DNA of 64,000 bases from Candidatus Berkelbacteria bacterium (GTDB lineage: Bacteria > Patescibacteriota > UBA1384 > DTJR01). The stretch covers positions 8,232 through 72,231 of the forward strand of contig JAPLVK010000013.1 in NCBI GenBank assembly GCA_026397175.1. The letters are read 5' to 3'. A model generated the notes under the pieces. It was not told the origin of the DNA. It saw only the letters and a list, made by a program, of their open reading frames with translations, and made no database searches. Each line of letters begins with the position of its first letter. Positions within the stretch are counted from its first letter, which is position 1. Both the position numbers and the translations under genes were made by a program. Positions 50,961-61,210 of the stretch are shown piece by piece.

Positions 50961-51779
50961 ATGGATTATATTTTGCCGGATTTGAATCTTCTCGAAATAA
51001 AAACAGCGACATCGGATGAGGAAAAAACGGGTATATTTACGATCGAACCATTATCACCCGGCTATGGAGTTACAATCGGCAATACTTTGAGAAGGATATT
51101 ATTGGCTTCACTTGAGGGTTATGCTATCAAGAAAGTCAAAATCGAAGGAGTTGATCACGAATATTCCACCATTAAAGGTATGAAAGAAGATGTTGTTGAT
51201 TTGATTTTAAACTTAAAGACAGCGAGATTTAAGTTAAATTCTGATGAAGCCGCAACATTGGAGCTTTCTGCAAAAGGTCCGAAAGTAGTTACAACTTCCG
51301 ACCTCAAACCAACATCGGAAGTAGATGTTGTCTCCGAGGACCAATATCTTTGCACGCTGGAAAAAGGTGCGAAATTAAATCTTGAAATTGAAGTTGACAA
51401 AGGCAGGGGATATGTTCCAGTCGAACGAAGAACAGACGAAAAAATGCCTATTGGAACAATTTTGGTTGACAGTATATACACCCCTGTTAAAAAAGTAAAA
51501 TATGATGTTGAGAATGCTCGTGTTGGTGGAATGACCAACTACAACCGTCTTGTGTTAGAAATAACGACAGATGGATCAGTTACTCCCGCCAAGGCCTTAT
51601 CAACAGCTGCCAAGATTATGGGTGAGCACTTGCAGATTATTGTTGAAGCAACGGATAATCAGAAAATAAAGGTTGAAAAAGCTCCGAGAAAAAAGAAGTC
51701 CCTAACTGTTCCGGAAAAGACAAGCAAGAAGCAAGCACAGAAAGTCGTTAAGGAGAAAACAAAAAAGAATGCTAAATAA
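50961..51779 (+). CDS. rpoA: RNA polymerase alpha subunit, N-terminal domain only (no alpha-CTD)
   Basis: alpha-NTD conserved; ends in a Lys-rich tail of about 35 aa; SD AGGAG before the ATG at 50961. Confidence 0.9.
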   Translation: MDYILPDLNLLEIKTATSDEEKTGIFTIEPLSPGYGVTIGNTLRRILLASLEGYAIKKVKIEGVDHEYSTIKGMKEDVVDLILNLKTARFKLNSDEAATLELSAKGPKVVTTSDLKPTSEVDVVSEDQYLCTLEKGAKLNLEIEVDKGRGYVPVERRTDEKMPIGTILVDSIYTPVKKVKYDVENARVGGMTNYNRLVLEITTDGSVTPAKALSTAAKIMGEHLQIIVEATDNQKIKVEKAPRKKKSLTVPEKTSKKQAQKVVKEKTKKNAK

Positions 51780-52137
51780 ATTATCAAGAAAATCCCAGGT
51801 AAGAAGTAGGTTATTGATGAATCTGCTAACCTCCCTTGTTTTGTATGAACAAATATCGACGACCGAAGCAAAGGCAAAGGAATTAAAGAGAGTTGCGCAA
51901 AAATTCATTCATGATATTTCTTCGGACGACAATAACTTTAACATCGTAAGATTAATAAATAAAAATGTATATGGCGGAGCAAGGAAAAAGGCTTTTGATA
52001 TGAGAAAAGTCCTTGGCTCGGTCAAAATGTATAAAACAACCGAAAGAGTCGGCGACGGTTGTTTACAAGTTATCGTAAAATTAGAAACCAAAAAAGAAAA
52101 GAAAAATGAAGACAAATCCACAAAAACAACCAAATAA
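51769..52137 (+). CDS. rplQ: 50S ribosomal protein L17
   Basis: conserved L17 sequence. Confidence 0.9.
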   Translation: MLNKLSRKSQVRSRLLMNLLTSLVLYEQISTTEAKAKELKRVAQKFIHDISSDDNNFNIVRLINKNVYGGARKKAFDMRKVLGSVKMYKTTERVGDGCLQVIVKLETKKEKKNEDKSTKTTK

Positions 52138-52501
52138 AATTACTTACGACGCACAAGGGAAACCGTTAGGCAGAGCTGCTTCGGATGTGGCAAAAATTTT
52201 GATTGGAAAAGACAATGTGAACTATTCACCAAACAAAATTGAAAAATCAATGGTTGAAGTCAAAAATATTGAAGGGCTAATATTTACCGGAAAAAAGTTA
52301 ACCCAAAAAAAATATTACACCCACAGCGGTTATTTGGGAAATCTAAAGGAATTTACTTTAGAGGAAAAATTATCAAAAGGCCCAGAAAAGCTATTTGTTA
52401 AGACGGTCTCCGGAATGCTTGCGAAGAATCGTTTGCAAAAATTACAGATTAAAAGAATTAAATTTCTGAAAGAGACAAAGGTACCATATGAAGGAATATA
52501 A
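52106..52501 (+). CDS. rplM: 50S ribosomal protein L13
   Basis: conserved L13 sequence. Confidence 0.88.
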   Translation: MKTNPQKQPNKITYDAQGKPLGRAASDVAKILIGKDNVNYSPNKIEKSMVEVKNIEGLIFTGKKLTQKKYYTHSGYLGNLKEFTLEEKLSKGPEKLFVKTVSGMLAKNRLQKLQIKRIKFLKETKVPYEGI

Positions 52502-52868
52502 TTTTGCGACTGGGAGAAGAAAAACGGCGATTGCTCAAGTTAGATTAAAAAAAGGCACAGGGAAGGTTTTGGATTTAAAAGGCAACGAAATAACTGACAG
52601 TGCGCAAGTATTTCAGGCGAATCTGCCATTAAAATTAATTTCAAAGGAAAACGACTTTGACATTACAGTCAGGGTTAACGGCGGCGGGAGAATTTCGCAG
52701 GCAGAAGCAATCCGCCTTGGTGTTGCAAGGGCTATAGCAAAAATAGATCCGGACTACGAAAAAATGATGAAAAAGGAAAATTTTCTATCAAGAGATCCGC
52801 GAGAGAAGGAAAGAAAGAAACCCGGTCTTAGACGAGCTAGGCGCGCTCCGCAGTGGGCAAAACGATAA
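52488..52868 (+). CDS. rpsI: 30S ribosomal protein S9
   Basis: C-terminus RRAPQWAKR. Confidence 0.93.
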   Translation: MKEYNFATGRRKTAIAQVRLKKGTGKVLDLKGNEITDSAQVFQANLPLKLISKENDFDITVRVNGGGRISQAEAIRLGVARAIAKIDPDYEKMMKKENFLSRDPREKERKKPGLRRARRAPQWAKR

Positions 52869-52878
52869 TACATAGAAG

Positions 52879-53181
52879 ATGAAGGAGAATATTAAGCATA
52901 ATCGAATGGCACAATATTTACGCCATTGTATTGATTTGTATTTAAGTGAAAATTCAGAATTCGTAGGATTTTCATATGTATTAACTATCGATCTTTCAGA
53001 GGATCAGAAAAATGCAAATGTCTTTATTGCATTGGACGAAAAGCAAAATATAGCAATTGTTCAAAAAAAGATTTTATCAGACAAAAAAAGAATTGTTGAA
53101 ATTTCAGATAAATATTTTAGCTCGAGAAACTTTCCAAAAATTAACTATAAATTTTTAAAAAACGATGAGTTTGATTTTTAG
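52879..53181 (+). CDS. RbfA-like (ribosome-binding factor A) KH-fold protein (tentative)
   Basis: pattern RMAQYLRHCIDLYL...VLTIDLSEDQKNANVFIAL...RNFPKINYKF resembles RbfA. Confidence 0.4.
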   Translation: MKENIKHNRMAQYLRHCIDLYLSENSEFVGFSYVLTIDLSEDQKNANVFIALDEKQNIAIVQKKILSDKKRIVEISDKYFSSRNFPKINYKFLKNDEFDF

Positions 53182-53536
53182 TTTATTTTCAATTTTATTG
53201 GTCTCTGCCGGAACATCTTTCGTTATTTTTTTTAATAGCGACCCCTATAAATCACAATTTATAACCTATGCAATATTCTATATATCAAGCTTATTGGCAA
53301 TCTTTTCGTTTATCGTTCTTTTAATTATCCTTTACAAGAAGTTTGTAAAAAAATCTGATTTTTTCAAAATTAAGAAGACCATAAGACGAGTTTTTCTTTT
53401 AACATTCTTCCTAATAACAATCGCATTCTTTTCATCTATACATGTTTTAAGCTTTGTTAGTGCGTTTTCATTTTTGTTGGCAATATTCTTGCTTGAACTT
53501 TTTTTCGTGAGCAAGGATAGAGAAGAAAAAAAATGA
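53165..53536 (+). CDS. hypothetical membrane protein (4 TM helices)
   Basis: hydrophobic ORF. Confidence 0.4.
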   Translation: MSLIFSLFSILLVSAGTSFVIFFNSDPYKSQFITYAIFYISSLLAIFSFIVLLIILYKKFVKKSDFFKIKKTIRRVFLLTFFLITIAFFSSIHVLSFVSAFSFLLAIFLLELFFVSKDREEKK

Positions 53537-54462
53537 AAAAAATATTTTTCATTATCGCTTTAACTCTAATTTGCATTTCAATAACCTACTATTTATTTAA
53601 TCATTCAAAAAAACCGGGAAGTATTTTGGGAACCTCCATCAACAATTTCTATCAGGGAAAAGAGATTAAAATTTCCCAGATACCACAAAAAAAGAACCTG
53701 ACCAAAGATCCTACTATAAACGCAGAATCGACAGTTCTGATTAATGAGCCAGATAAGTATGTGTTGTTTGGAAAAAACGAGGACAATCCAGTTGCTATTG
53801 CAAGTGTTACGAAAATCATGACAGCTACGATAGCACTTGAAATTTACAAACCGACAGATATTGTCGAGATAAAAAAAGAAAATACTGAAATTAATGGATC
53901 TAAGGTTTTCCTAAAAGAAGGTGAAAAGTTAACGGTTGAAGATTTGATGTATTGCCTGCTTTTAAATTCGGGGAATGATGCCGCTAAAACACTCGGAAAT
54001 ACGAAGATCACAGAAAAGGAATTTGTGGGTTTGATGAACAAAAAAGCGACCGAATTAGGCCTGACAAATACACATTTTATGGACACAGCCGGCCTGGATG
54101 ACACAGGCCACTCATCGGCAAGGGATATAGCAATTTTATTTTCTTATGCTCTTAAGAATCCGGAATTTAAAAAAATCGTTTCCACTGCAGAAAAACAAGT
54201 AATATCCCAGGATAAGTCCCAAACACACGATTTAAAAAATTCAAATCGTCTTACTACAGGCGAAATACCGCTCGATGGAGTAATCGGTGGAAAAACCGGT
54301 TTTACACCTGACGCCGGGCACACTCTCGTAACGGCTGCTTCAAAAGATGGTCACACTATCATAGGTGTAGTTTTAAAAACGGACTCAGACACCGCTCCGG
54401 CAAGCGCGATTGAAATGCAAAAACTTCTCGAGTGGGGATTTAATTCATACGATTTTAAATAA
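53533..54462 (+). CDS. dacA: D-alanyl-D-alanine carboxypeptidase (S11 / PBP5 family)
   Basis: SVTK (SxxK), SGN and KTGFT motifs. Confidence 0.8.
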   Translation: MKKIFFIIALTLICISITYYLFNHSKKPGSILGTSINNFYQGKEIKISQIPQKKNLTKDPTINAESTVLINEPDKYVLFGKNEDNPVAIASVTKIMTATIALEIYKPTDIVEIKKENTEINGSKVFLKEGEKLTVEDLMYCLLLNSGNDAAKTLGNTKITEKEFVGLMNKKATELGLTNTHFMDTAGLDDTGHSSARDIAILFSYALKNPEFKKIVSTAEKQVISQDKSQTHDLKNSNRLTTGEIPLDGVIGGKTGFTPDAGHTLVTAASKDGHTIIGVVLKTDSDTAPASAIEMQKLLEWGFNSYDFK

Positions 54463-54520
54463 CTTGACGATCGTACATCTTCTTGTTAGAGTACTAAGGA
54501 CAAAATAGGGTTCAAAAACT

Positions 54521-55228
54521 ATGAATATTTCTCCTCTGTATGAATTATTGATTTTCATCGAAGATCGCGGTTCGGTCTCAATTTCAGATATCCAAAAATG
54601 GGGCAAGGAGCTATCCAGGGGGATATTGGGTAAAATGGAAGCCATGAAATTAATCGATAAAAAAGAGACACCGGAAAAACAATACTCCCTTTCGGACTCT
54701 GGGCATAAGTTTCTAAATTCGGTCTTGGATACAATTCACAGGCCTGTGTTACACTGGGACTCAAAGTGGAGATTCGTTTGGTTTTCGATTCCGGAAAAGA
54801 CAAGATCAAAAAGAGACAAATTCAGGAGGTTTTTAGAGGGAATCGGTATGAAGCCAATCCTTAATAGTTTGTGGGTTGGAGCGATTGATCAAAAACAAAT
54901 AATTTTAAATGAAATTTCCAGATTGAATATCCAAGACAGAATATTATTTGTTGAAACGGAAAATCCGTCAGGGATATCCAAGAAAGATATATTAAATGGC
55001 TGGGATTTTGAAACTTCAAGATCGCATTACGAAGAATTTATCGTGAAATGTAATGAATATTTCCCGGATAGTTATAAAGATAGTTATAAAACCAAAAAAC
55101 TCATTTTCGAGTATGCTTTAATTTTAAACACAGAGCCAAATTTACCAATCGAACTCTTGCCTGATAACTGGCCGAAATTTAGAGCCCAACTTCAGTATAA
55201 AAAAATTAAAAGATTATTGGTTAAATAA
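54521..55228 (+). CDS. PaaX-family transcriptional regulator
   Basis: HWDSKWRFVWFSIPEKTRSKRDKFRR...LWVG signature. Confidence 0.55.
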   Translation: MNISPLYELLIFIEDRGSVSISDIQKWGKELSRGILGKMEAMKLIDKKETPEKQYSLSDSGHKFLNSVLDTIHRPVLHWDSKWRFVWFSIPEKTRSKRDKFRRFLEGIGMKPILNSLWVGAIDQKQIILNEISRLNIQDRILFVETENPSGISKKDILNGWDFETSRSHYEEFIVKCNEYFPDSYKDSYKTKKLIFEYALILNTEPNLPIELLPDNWPKFRAQLQYKKIKRLLVK

Positions 55229-55921
55229 TTTTTTTAAGGCCTCTTTTGCAGCTTCTTGTTCAGCGATATTTTTTGAGCTTCCACTCCCTTTTGCTATCTC
55301 ATCGTTATCTACAATCACAGTGCTCGTGAACTCTTTGTCGTGGTCCGGCCCCAATTCACTAATAACTTTATAATGGGGCGTTACCTTAAATTTTTCTTGA
55401 ACTTTTTCCTGAAAATTGCTTTTAGCGTCAACATAAAGTTTCTCGTCGATCACTTTTTCTATATCAATCGCAATATTTTTTATAATAAAATTTCTGGTAG
55501 CTTCAATGCCCTGATCTAGGTATATAGCCCCTATAATTGCTTCAAGAGCATTGGCCAAAATTAGTCCTTTAGCTTTTTCGGATGAATTTCTTTCGCCTCT
55601 GCTTAAATACAAACAGTCGTAAACCCCCAATCCTTCTGAAGTTAGTGCTAGATTTCTGCCTCTAACCAAAGCACTCCGAAGTGCGGTAAGCTCTCCTTCC
55701 GGTTTTTCAAACCTGTTATACAGATATTCTGTAATGATTAGCTCTAGTACGGCATCGCCTAAAAACTCTAACCGTTCATTGTTTTTTAGATTCATTCTAG
55801 AGTTTTCATTTAAATATGATCTATGCACAAAAGCATTAACCAATATGTCAAAATTATTAAATTTTAGCTCATTGGCTTTTGCGAATTTTTCAATTTTTGT
55901 TTTATTTTTGTCTTCGTTCAT
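55214..55921 (-). CDS. rnc: ribonuclease III
   Basis: [13 protein letters not shown] signature plus a C-terminal dsRBD. Confidence 0.92.
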   Translation of the reverse strand: MNEDKNKTKIEKFAKANELKFNNFDILVNAFVHRSYLNENSRMNLKNNERLEFLGDAVLELIITEYLYNRFEKPEGELTALRSALVRGRNLALTSEGLGVYDCLYLSRGERNSSEKAKGLILANALEAIIGAIYLDQGIEATRNFIIKNIAIDIEKVIDEKLYVDAKSNFQEKVQEKFKVTPHYKVISELGPDHDKEFTSTVIVDNDEIAKGSGSSKNIAEQEAAKEALKKLFNQ

Positions 55922-56358
55922 TTGTTTTCAGTTAATTTGTCATCTTCTTCTTTGAATTTATCGCTTTTTCTATAAACCGTTCCCAGTACTCCGTTAATAA
56001 ATTTTGATGATGTGTCGGAGCCAAATGTCTTTGCCAGCTCAATCGCTTCATTAATTACAACCTTTGGCGGAGTATCAAAATGTTTTAACTCACATATAGA
56101 TAATCTTAGTATGTTTCTATCTATCATTGCCACTTGATCAATTGGCCAGTCGGGCGCTATCTCCTCGATTGTTTTGTCTATATCAATTTCACCGCTTAAA
56201 ACCTTCTCCAGAAGCTCTTTGGCAAAGTCGGTATTTTCTTCCGACTCATCAATGTTTTCCAGATGTCTTTTAAAAATCTCAAGAACATTATCAGAGCCCC
56301 TGAAATCAGCTTCATAAAGTGACTGGAGAGCGATAACGCGTGCGTAATGCCTATTCAT
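55918..56358 (-). CDS. nusB: transcription antitermination factor NusB
   Basis: conserved NusB sequence. Confidence 0.85.
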   Translation of the reverse strand: MNRHYARVIALQSLYEADFRGSDNVLEIFKRHLENIDESEENTDFAKELLEKVLSGEIDIDKTIEEIAPDWPIDQVAMIDRNILRLSICELKHFDTPPKVVINEAIELAKTFGSDTSSKFINGVLGTVYRKSDKFKEEDDKLTENK

Positions 56359-56575
56359 CTTTAGTTTGTTCTTGGATTTTTTTCTCTTTGATTTTCTCGT
56401 CTTTTAATTTAACAATCTTGACGCCCTTAAAATACCCGCAGTTTTGGCAAATTCGGTGAGGAACAACTGATTGCTTACAATTCGAACAAACACTATATGA
56501 TTTCTTCTGCAAAGCATCGTGACTTTGCCTGTTACCGCTTCTTGTGCTAGTGAGCCGTTTCTTTGGTTCTGCCAT
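56351..56575 (-). CDS. rpmF: 50S ribosomal protein L32 (zinc-ribbon form)
   Basis: RRSHDAL plus CxxC...CxxC. Confidence 0.8.
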   Translation of the reverse strand: MAEPKKRLTSTRSGNRQSHDALQKKSYSVCSNCKQSVVPHRICQNCGYFKGVKIVKLKDEKIKEKKIQEQTKDE

Positions 56576-56598
56576 TATATCTTCCTTTTAATATTTTT

Positions 56599-59457
56599 TT
56601 AAACTACAAAATTAATTAGTTTTTTTTCAACAAAAATTATCTTCTTTATTTTATCTCTTTTTACCTCAAATGCAATTTTTTTCTGACCTAGCACTAAATT
56701 CTCAATCTCTTTTCGGTCTAAATTTTTGTTTATTTCCAACACCGCTTTTCTTTTACCGTTTATCTGGACAACAAGGTTGTAATTTTGTTGTTCGATATTT
56801 TGCGCCTCTGGCCACAAGCTTGAAAAAATCGAGTTTGAATTTGAGTTTTCTAGCCATAATTTTTCCGATAGATGCGGCGCAAAAGGGGATAGTAGTTTAA
56901 GAAAAACATCCCACTGCTCTTTATTCATTTTGGTTAACTCAACGGTTTTAGCAAACTTCATAAAATCCGAGACCGCGGTGTTGAATAGTGACTTTTCAAT
57001 TTTTTGAGTAATTAAATTAATTAATTGAGAAAGATTCGTACCTATTGTTTCGTCTTTTTTGTTATTTTTTTCAAAGCTCAAACAAACATTCTCCAAAAAT
57101 CTAGAAACACCCGTTATTCCGTTTTTTGCCCAGACGGCCGGTTGATCAAAAGGGCCAATGAACATTTCGTACATCCTTAAAGAGTCAGCACCAAATTGTC
57201 CAATTATTTCTTCCGGACTTATTACATTTCCTCTGGACTTTGACATCTTCTGGCGATCTGGCGCCAATATCAGGCCAACATTTTTTAGCTTTTTAAATGG
57301 CTCTTTAAAATTTACAACTTTTAAATCAAATAAAAATTTATGCCAAAATCTTGCGTAAAGTAGATGTAACACTGCGTGTTCCGCTCCACCAATATACAAA
57401 TCAATCGGAGAAAAGTACTTATCCGCTTCATTTGAGATTAATTTATTGTCGTTCTTGGGATCTGTGAAACGAAGGTAATACCAGCACGAGCCGGCCCATT
57501 GCGGCATTGTATCGGTTTCTCTTTTGGCTTCGCTCCCACATTTGGGGCACTTTGTATTTACCCAACTTTCAACTCTACTTAACGGGGAGGTTCCATCGCC
57601 CGAGGGCTCATAATTTTCAATTTCCGGTAACTTAACTGGCAACTGGTCTTCCGGAACCGCAACGACGCCCTGCCCCGAGGGGTCTCGAAGGGCACATTTT
57701 TTGCAGTGAACAATTGGGATTGGTTCGCCCCAATAGCGTTGTCTGGAAAATACCCAGTCGCGAAGTTTGTAATTGATCGCAAAATCTCCGTGGCCTGATT
57801 TTCTTAGTTTTTCGGTTATTTTTCTTTTGGCAGTTTCGGAATCTGATCCATTAAAACTGTTTGAGTTGATTAGAATTCCGTGATCTTCAAAAGCATTTTC
57901 CGGATTACTAAATCGATCAAGCCAAATATTAAATTCGGAGCATTTAAGATTTCCGTCATTTTTTATTTCCTCCCAGGTTTTCCAAACGAGCTGATGAATT
58001 GCCGATTCCTTATCGCTTATCTGATCCTTTTCTTCATCAAGTAATTCAAATACCAATGCTTGGAAGTGGGCTTTGCGATTTTCCTTTTTGTGATTAGCAT
58101 AAAAATTTGAATCAACCAGCCCACCAAGTTTCCGAATAAATTTAAGATTTTTATAGCCTGTTTCCTCGTAGATTTCTCTTTTTGCTGCTTCAGTTGCGTC
58201 TTCGCCATCATCGATTCCGCCGGTGATAAAAGTGGTCCAAGGCTGTTTCTGCCAACATAATGTCAGAATTTTATTATTATTTGGATTGATTACAATTGCC
58301 TGAATTGCATTTCTAAAAACCACCGGCTCGTCGGGCTTTGGCGGATCTATCGGATCGGTTACAGTCGGAATAACTACTTCTTTGATCAGTAAATTATATT
58401 TCTTGGCAAATTCAAAATCGCGCTGGTCATGTGCGGGGACGGCCATTACGGCACCAGTACCATAATGAGCTAGCACATAATCGGCAATCCAAACTGGCAC
58501 CTCTTTTCCATTAATTGGATTGACTGCCCTTAAACCCCTTAACTCGACACCGGTTTTTTCTTTCGCCAGTTCTGTCCGTTCCAAATCAGATTTATTTTTT
58601 GATTTTTCAATATATTCCTTGACTTCATTCAGATTTTCGATTTTGGATTCCAATTGCTTTACTAAATCATTTTCCGGCGCCAGCACAACCCAAGTGCAAC
58701 CAAAAAGAGTGTCGGCCCGAGTTGTATAAACCTTGATTTGTAATTTGGAATTAGAAATTTGAAATTTGATTTCACTACCCTCTGACCGGCCGATCCAATT
58801 TTTTTGCATCTCCTTTATGGGTTCGGGCCAATCAAGATCTTCCAAATCATTTAATAGTCGATCCGCATAATCGGTTATTTTTAAAATCCATTGTTTCAAA
58901 TTCTTGCGTTCAACTTTGGTATGACATCGTTCGCATTCTCCGGACTGGACTTCTTCGTTTGCCAAACCGGTTTTGCATGACGGGCAAAAATTAATTGGAA
59001 TTTCATCTTGGTAGGCGAGACCTTTTTCAAAAAGTTTTATAAAAATCCACTGCGTCCATTTGTAATATTCCGGATCGGTTGTGTTGATTTCCCTAGACCA
59101 ATCATAGGAAAATCCCAAGGACTGCAATTGACCTTTAAACTTTGCAATATTTTGGGCGACAACTTCTTTGGGATTCTTCTTGATTTTTATGGCATAATTT
59201 TCGGCCGGAAGACCAAACGCATCCCAACCCATGGGATGTAAAACATTAAAACCCTTCATCCGCATATAGTTTGCGACGATGTCTGTCGCGGTATAACCCT
59301 TGATGTGGCCAACATGTAAACCATCGCCGGAAGGATAGGGGAACATATCAAGTACATAAAATTTCTTACGGCTTGAGTCATTTTTTGTCTCAAAGACCTT
59401 GCTTTTTGCCCAAAAATCTTGGGAGTTCTTTTCTATTTTTTTAAAATCATATTTCAT
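56599..59457 (-). CDS. leuS: leucyl-tRNA synthetase with a NUDIX-hydrolase domain inserted after the CP1 editing-domain core
   Basis: HVGH (HIGH) motif, TRADT, HDQRD, KMSKS; perfect Nudix box GGIDDGEDATEAAKREIYEETGY at residues 413-435. Confidence 0.95.
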   Translation of the reverse strand: MKYDFKKIEKNSQDFWAKSKVFETKNDSSRKKFYVLDMFPYPSGDGLHVGHIKGYTATDIVANYMRMKGFNVLHPMGWDAFGLPAENYAIKIKKNPKEVVAQNIAKFKGQLQSLGFSYDWSREINTTDPEYYKWTQWIFIKLFEKGLAYQDEIPINFCPSCKTGLANEEVQSGECERCHTKVERKNLKQWILKITDYADRLLNDLEDLDWPEPIKEMQKNWIGRSEGSEIKFQISNSKLQIKVYTTRADTLFGCTWVVLAPENDLVKQLESKIENLNEVKEYIEKSKNKSDLERTELAKEKTGVELRGLRAVNPINGKEVPVWIADYVLAHYGTGAVMAVPAHDQRDFEFAKKYNLLIKEVVIPTVTDPIDPPKPDEPVVFRNAIQAIVINPNNNKILTLCWQKQPWTTFITGGIDDGEDATEAAKREIYEETGYKNLKFIRKLGGLVDSNFYANHKKENRKAHFQALVFELLDEEKDQISDKESAIHQLVWKTWEEIKNDGNLKCSEFNIWLDRFSNPENAFEDHGILINSNSFNGSDSETAKRKITEKLRKSGHGDFAINYKLRDWVFSRQRYWGEPIPIVHCKKCALRDPSGQGVVAVPEDQLPVKLPEIENYEPSGDGTSPLSRVESWVNTKCPKCGSEAKRETDTMPQWAGSCWYYLRFTDPKNDNKLISNEADKYFSPIDLYIGGAEHAVLHLLYARFWHKFLFDLKVVNFKEPFKKLKNVGLILAPDRQKMSKSRGNVISPEEIIGQFGADSLRMYEMFIGPFDQPAVWAKNGITGVSRFLENVCLSFEKNNKKDETIGTNLSQLINLITQKIEKSLFNTAVSDFMKFAKTVELTKMNKEQWDVFLKLLSPFAPHLSEKLWLENSNSNSIFSSLWPEAQNIEQQNYNLVVQINGKRKAVLEINKNLDRKEIENLVLGQKKIAFEVKRDKIKKIIFVEKKLINFVV

Positions 59458-59549
59458 ATTTCAATACCTACTCTTTAATGTGAAATTTTTAATTTGCAAA
59501 TGGCCTGCCATGAGCGATCCGTCCCGCTTTAGCGGGACAGGAAGCCGAA

Positions 59550-59625
59550 TGGTGGACCCGACAAGATTCGAACTTGCGACCTCTTCCATGCCATGGAAGC
59601 GCTCTACCAGCTAAGCTACGGGCCC
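59550..59625 (-). tRNA. tRNA-Ala (anticodon GGC), with G3:U70 and CCA encoded
   Basis: reverse complement GGGCCCGTAGCTTAGCTGGTAGAGCG CTTCC ATGGCAT GGAAG ...GGTCGCAAGTTCGAATCTTGTCGGGTCCACCA. Confidence 0.8.
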
Positions 59626-59652
59626 GCTCGTCCCCCAACGCTAAGAATCTTA

Positions 59653-61209
59653 TCAGTTAATGGGCGAATTATCAATGTTTTGATCGGCTAAAATTATGCT
59701 TTTGGCAAAATATTCTGGAATGTCAAAGCCACCCAGTTCGAGACAGGTTGAGGCAATGTTCTCAAGACGACCGGTAATATCTAATTGAATTTTTGTATTT
59801 TCAGAAACCAGAATAATTGGGACAGGATTTTTGGTATGTTCCGTGTCGGGCTGACCAGTTAATGGGTCAACCATTTGCTCTATATTTCCATGGTCTGCTG
59901 TGATAATCAATGGTATATTTTCGTCAATACATACCTTTGATATCTCTTTCACCATGTTATCTAGTGTTCCAACTGCCTCTAGCGCCGCCTTGAAATCGCC
60001 GGTATGCCCAACCATGTCTGCGTTTGCCAGATTACAAAGATATAATGAATAATCTTCTTTTTTAATCCTTTGAACAAGCTCGTCCTTTACTTCGTTTGCC
60101 GACATTTCCGGCTTTAAAGCGTACGATCGTACATCGGGAGAGGGGATCAAGATTCTATCTTCGCCCCGATATGGTTCGTTTCTATTACCATTAATAAAAA
60201 AAGTTACATGAGCGTATTTTTCTGTTTCAGCAATATGAAATTGTTTTAAATTTAAAAGTGAGAAATATTCGCCGATTGTATTAGCAATAGAAATTGTTTT
60301 AAACGCCGCTTTCGCCTCAATTCCCAGCTCGCGCTCTATTCCATACGGGATAAAAGTTATAAAGTCCAAGTTCTCAAGTTGCCTCCTTTTAAACTTGTCG
60401 AATTTTGGATCAAGAAATGCCTGCATTAACTGTCTGGTTCTGTCCGACCTAAAGTTAAAAAAGATTATGGTGTCGTTGTTTTTTATTCTGCTTGTGTTTT
60501 TAATGATAATAGGGGATATAAACTCATCTGATTCACCATTTTTATATGCTTTGGAGATAGACGACAGCGCATTTTCCTCAATCAAACCCTTTCCATCAAC
60601 AAGCGCTTCGTAGGCCTTTTGTGTTTTTTGCCAATTTCCTTTGCGATCCAATAGGTCTCGCCCTATAATAGTTGCTATTTGCCCACAACCAAGCGCTTTT
60701 GTTGCTTGCGTTACCTGACTTAAATATTCAATTCCTTGATATGGCGGAGTGTCGCGACCATCTGTAAATGCATGGATATTGACATCTTTATGCCCAAGAT
60801 TTGAGCACATTTTAATTAGGGCCAAAAGATGGACGATGTGTGAATGAACTCCACCATCAGACACGATTCCCATCAAATGCACAGATGAATTTTGTTCTTT
60901 TGATCTTTTGATCGAATCAACCAATGTCTTATTCTCATAAAAACTGCCATCGGATATTGATTGATTTATATGTGAGATATCCTGTTCGACAATATTGCCG
61001 GCGCCAATGTTCATATGGCCCACTTCGGAGTTTCCAACCTCATGACCAGGAAGGCCAACATCGCGCCCAGAGGCCTTTAAGATTGTATTGGGATACTCTC
61101 TTAGGATTTTGTTATAATTTGGCGTTTCGGCGACCGTGATCGCATTTCCACCCCAACTTTTGCCGACACCCCAACCATCGAGAATTAGTAAAACAACGGA
61201 ATTTTTCAT
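59653..61209 (-). CDS. gpmI: 2,3-bisphosphoglycerate-independent phosphoglycerate mutase, copy 1
   Basis: ILDGWG, GNSEVGH (catalytic Ser), ADHGN motifs. Confidence 0.9.
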   Translation of the reverse strand: MKNSVVLLILDGWGVGKSWGGNAITVAETPNYNKILREYPNTILKASGRDVGLPGHEVGNSEVGHMNIGAGNIVEQDISHINQSISDGSFYENKTLVDSIKRSKEQNSSVHLMGIVSDGGVHSHIVHLLALIKMCSNLGHKDVNIHAFTDGRDTPPYQGIEYLSQVTQATKALGCGQIATIIGRDLLDRKGNWQKTQKAYEALVDGKGLIEENALSSISKAYKNGESDEFISPIIIKNTSRIKNNDTIIFFNFRSDRTRQLMQAFLDPKFDKFKRRQLENLDFITFIPYGIERELGIEAKAAFKTISIANTIGEYFSLLNLKQFHIAETEKYAHVTFFINGNRNEPYRGEDRILIPSPDVRSYALKPEMSANEVKDELVQRIKKEDYSLYLCNLANADMVGHTGDFKAALEAVGTLDNMVKEISKVCIDENIPLIITADHGNIEQMVDPLTGQPDTEHTKNPVPIILVSENTKIQLDITGRLENIASTCLELGGFDIPEYFAKSIILADQNIDNSPIN

Positions 61210-61210
61210 A

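Noticed and set aside
59521-59538. hairpin gtcccgctttagcgggac between tRNA-Ala and leuS as a terminator
   Set aside because: No U-run follows on the transcribed (minus) strand. It may be a processing or stability stem, but it is not a canonical intrinsic terminator, and the gap is too short for a T-box leader.
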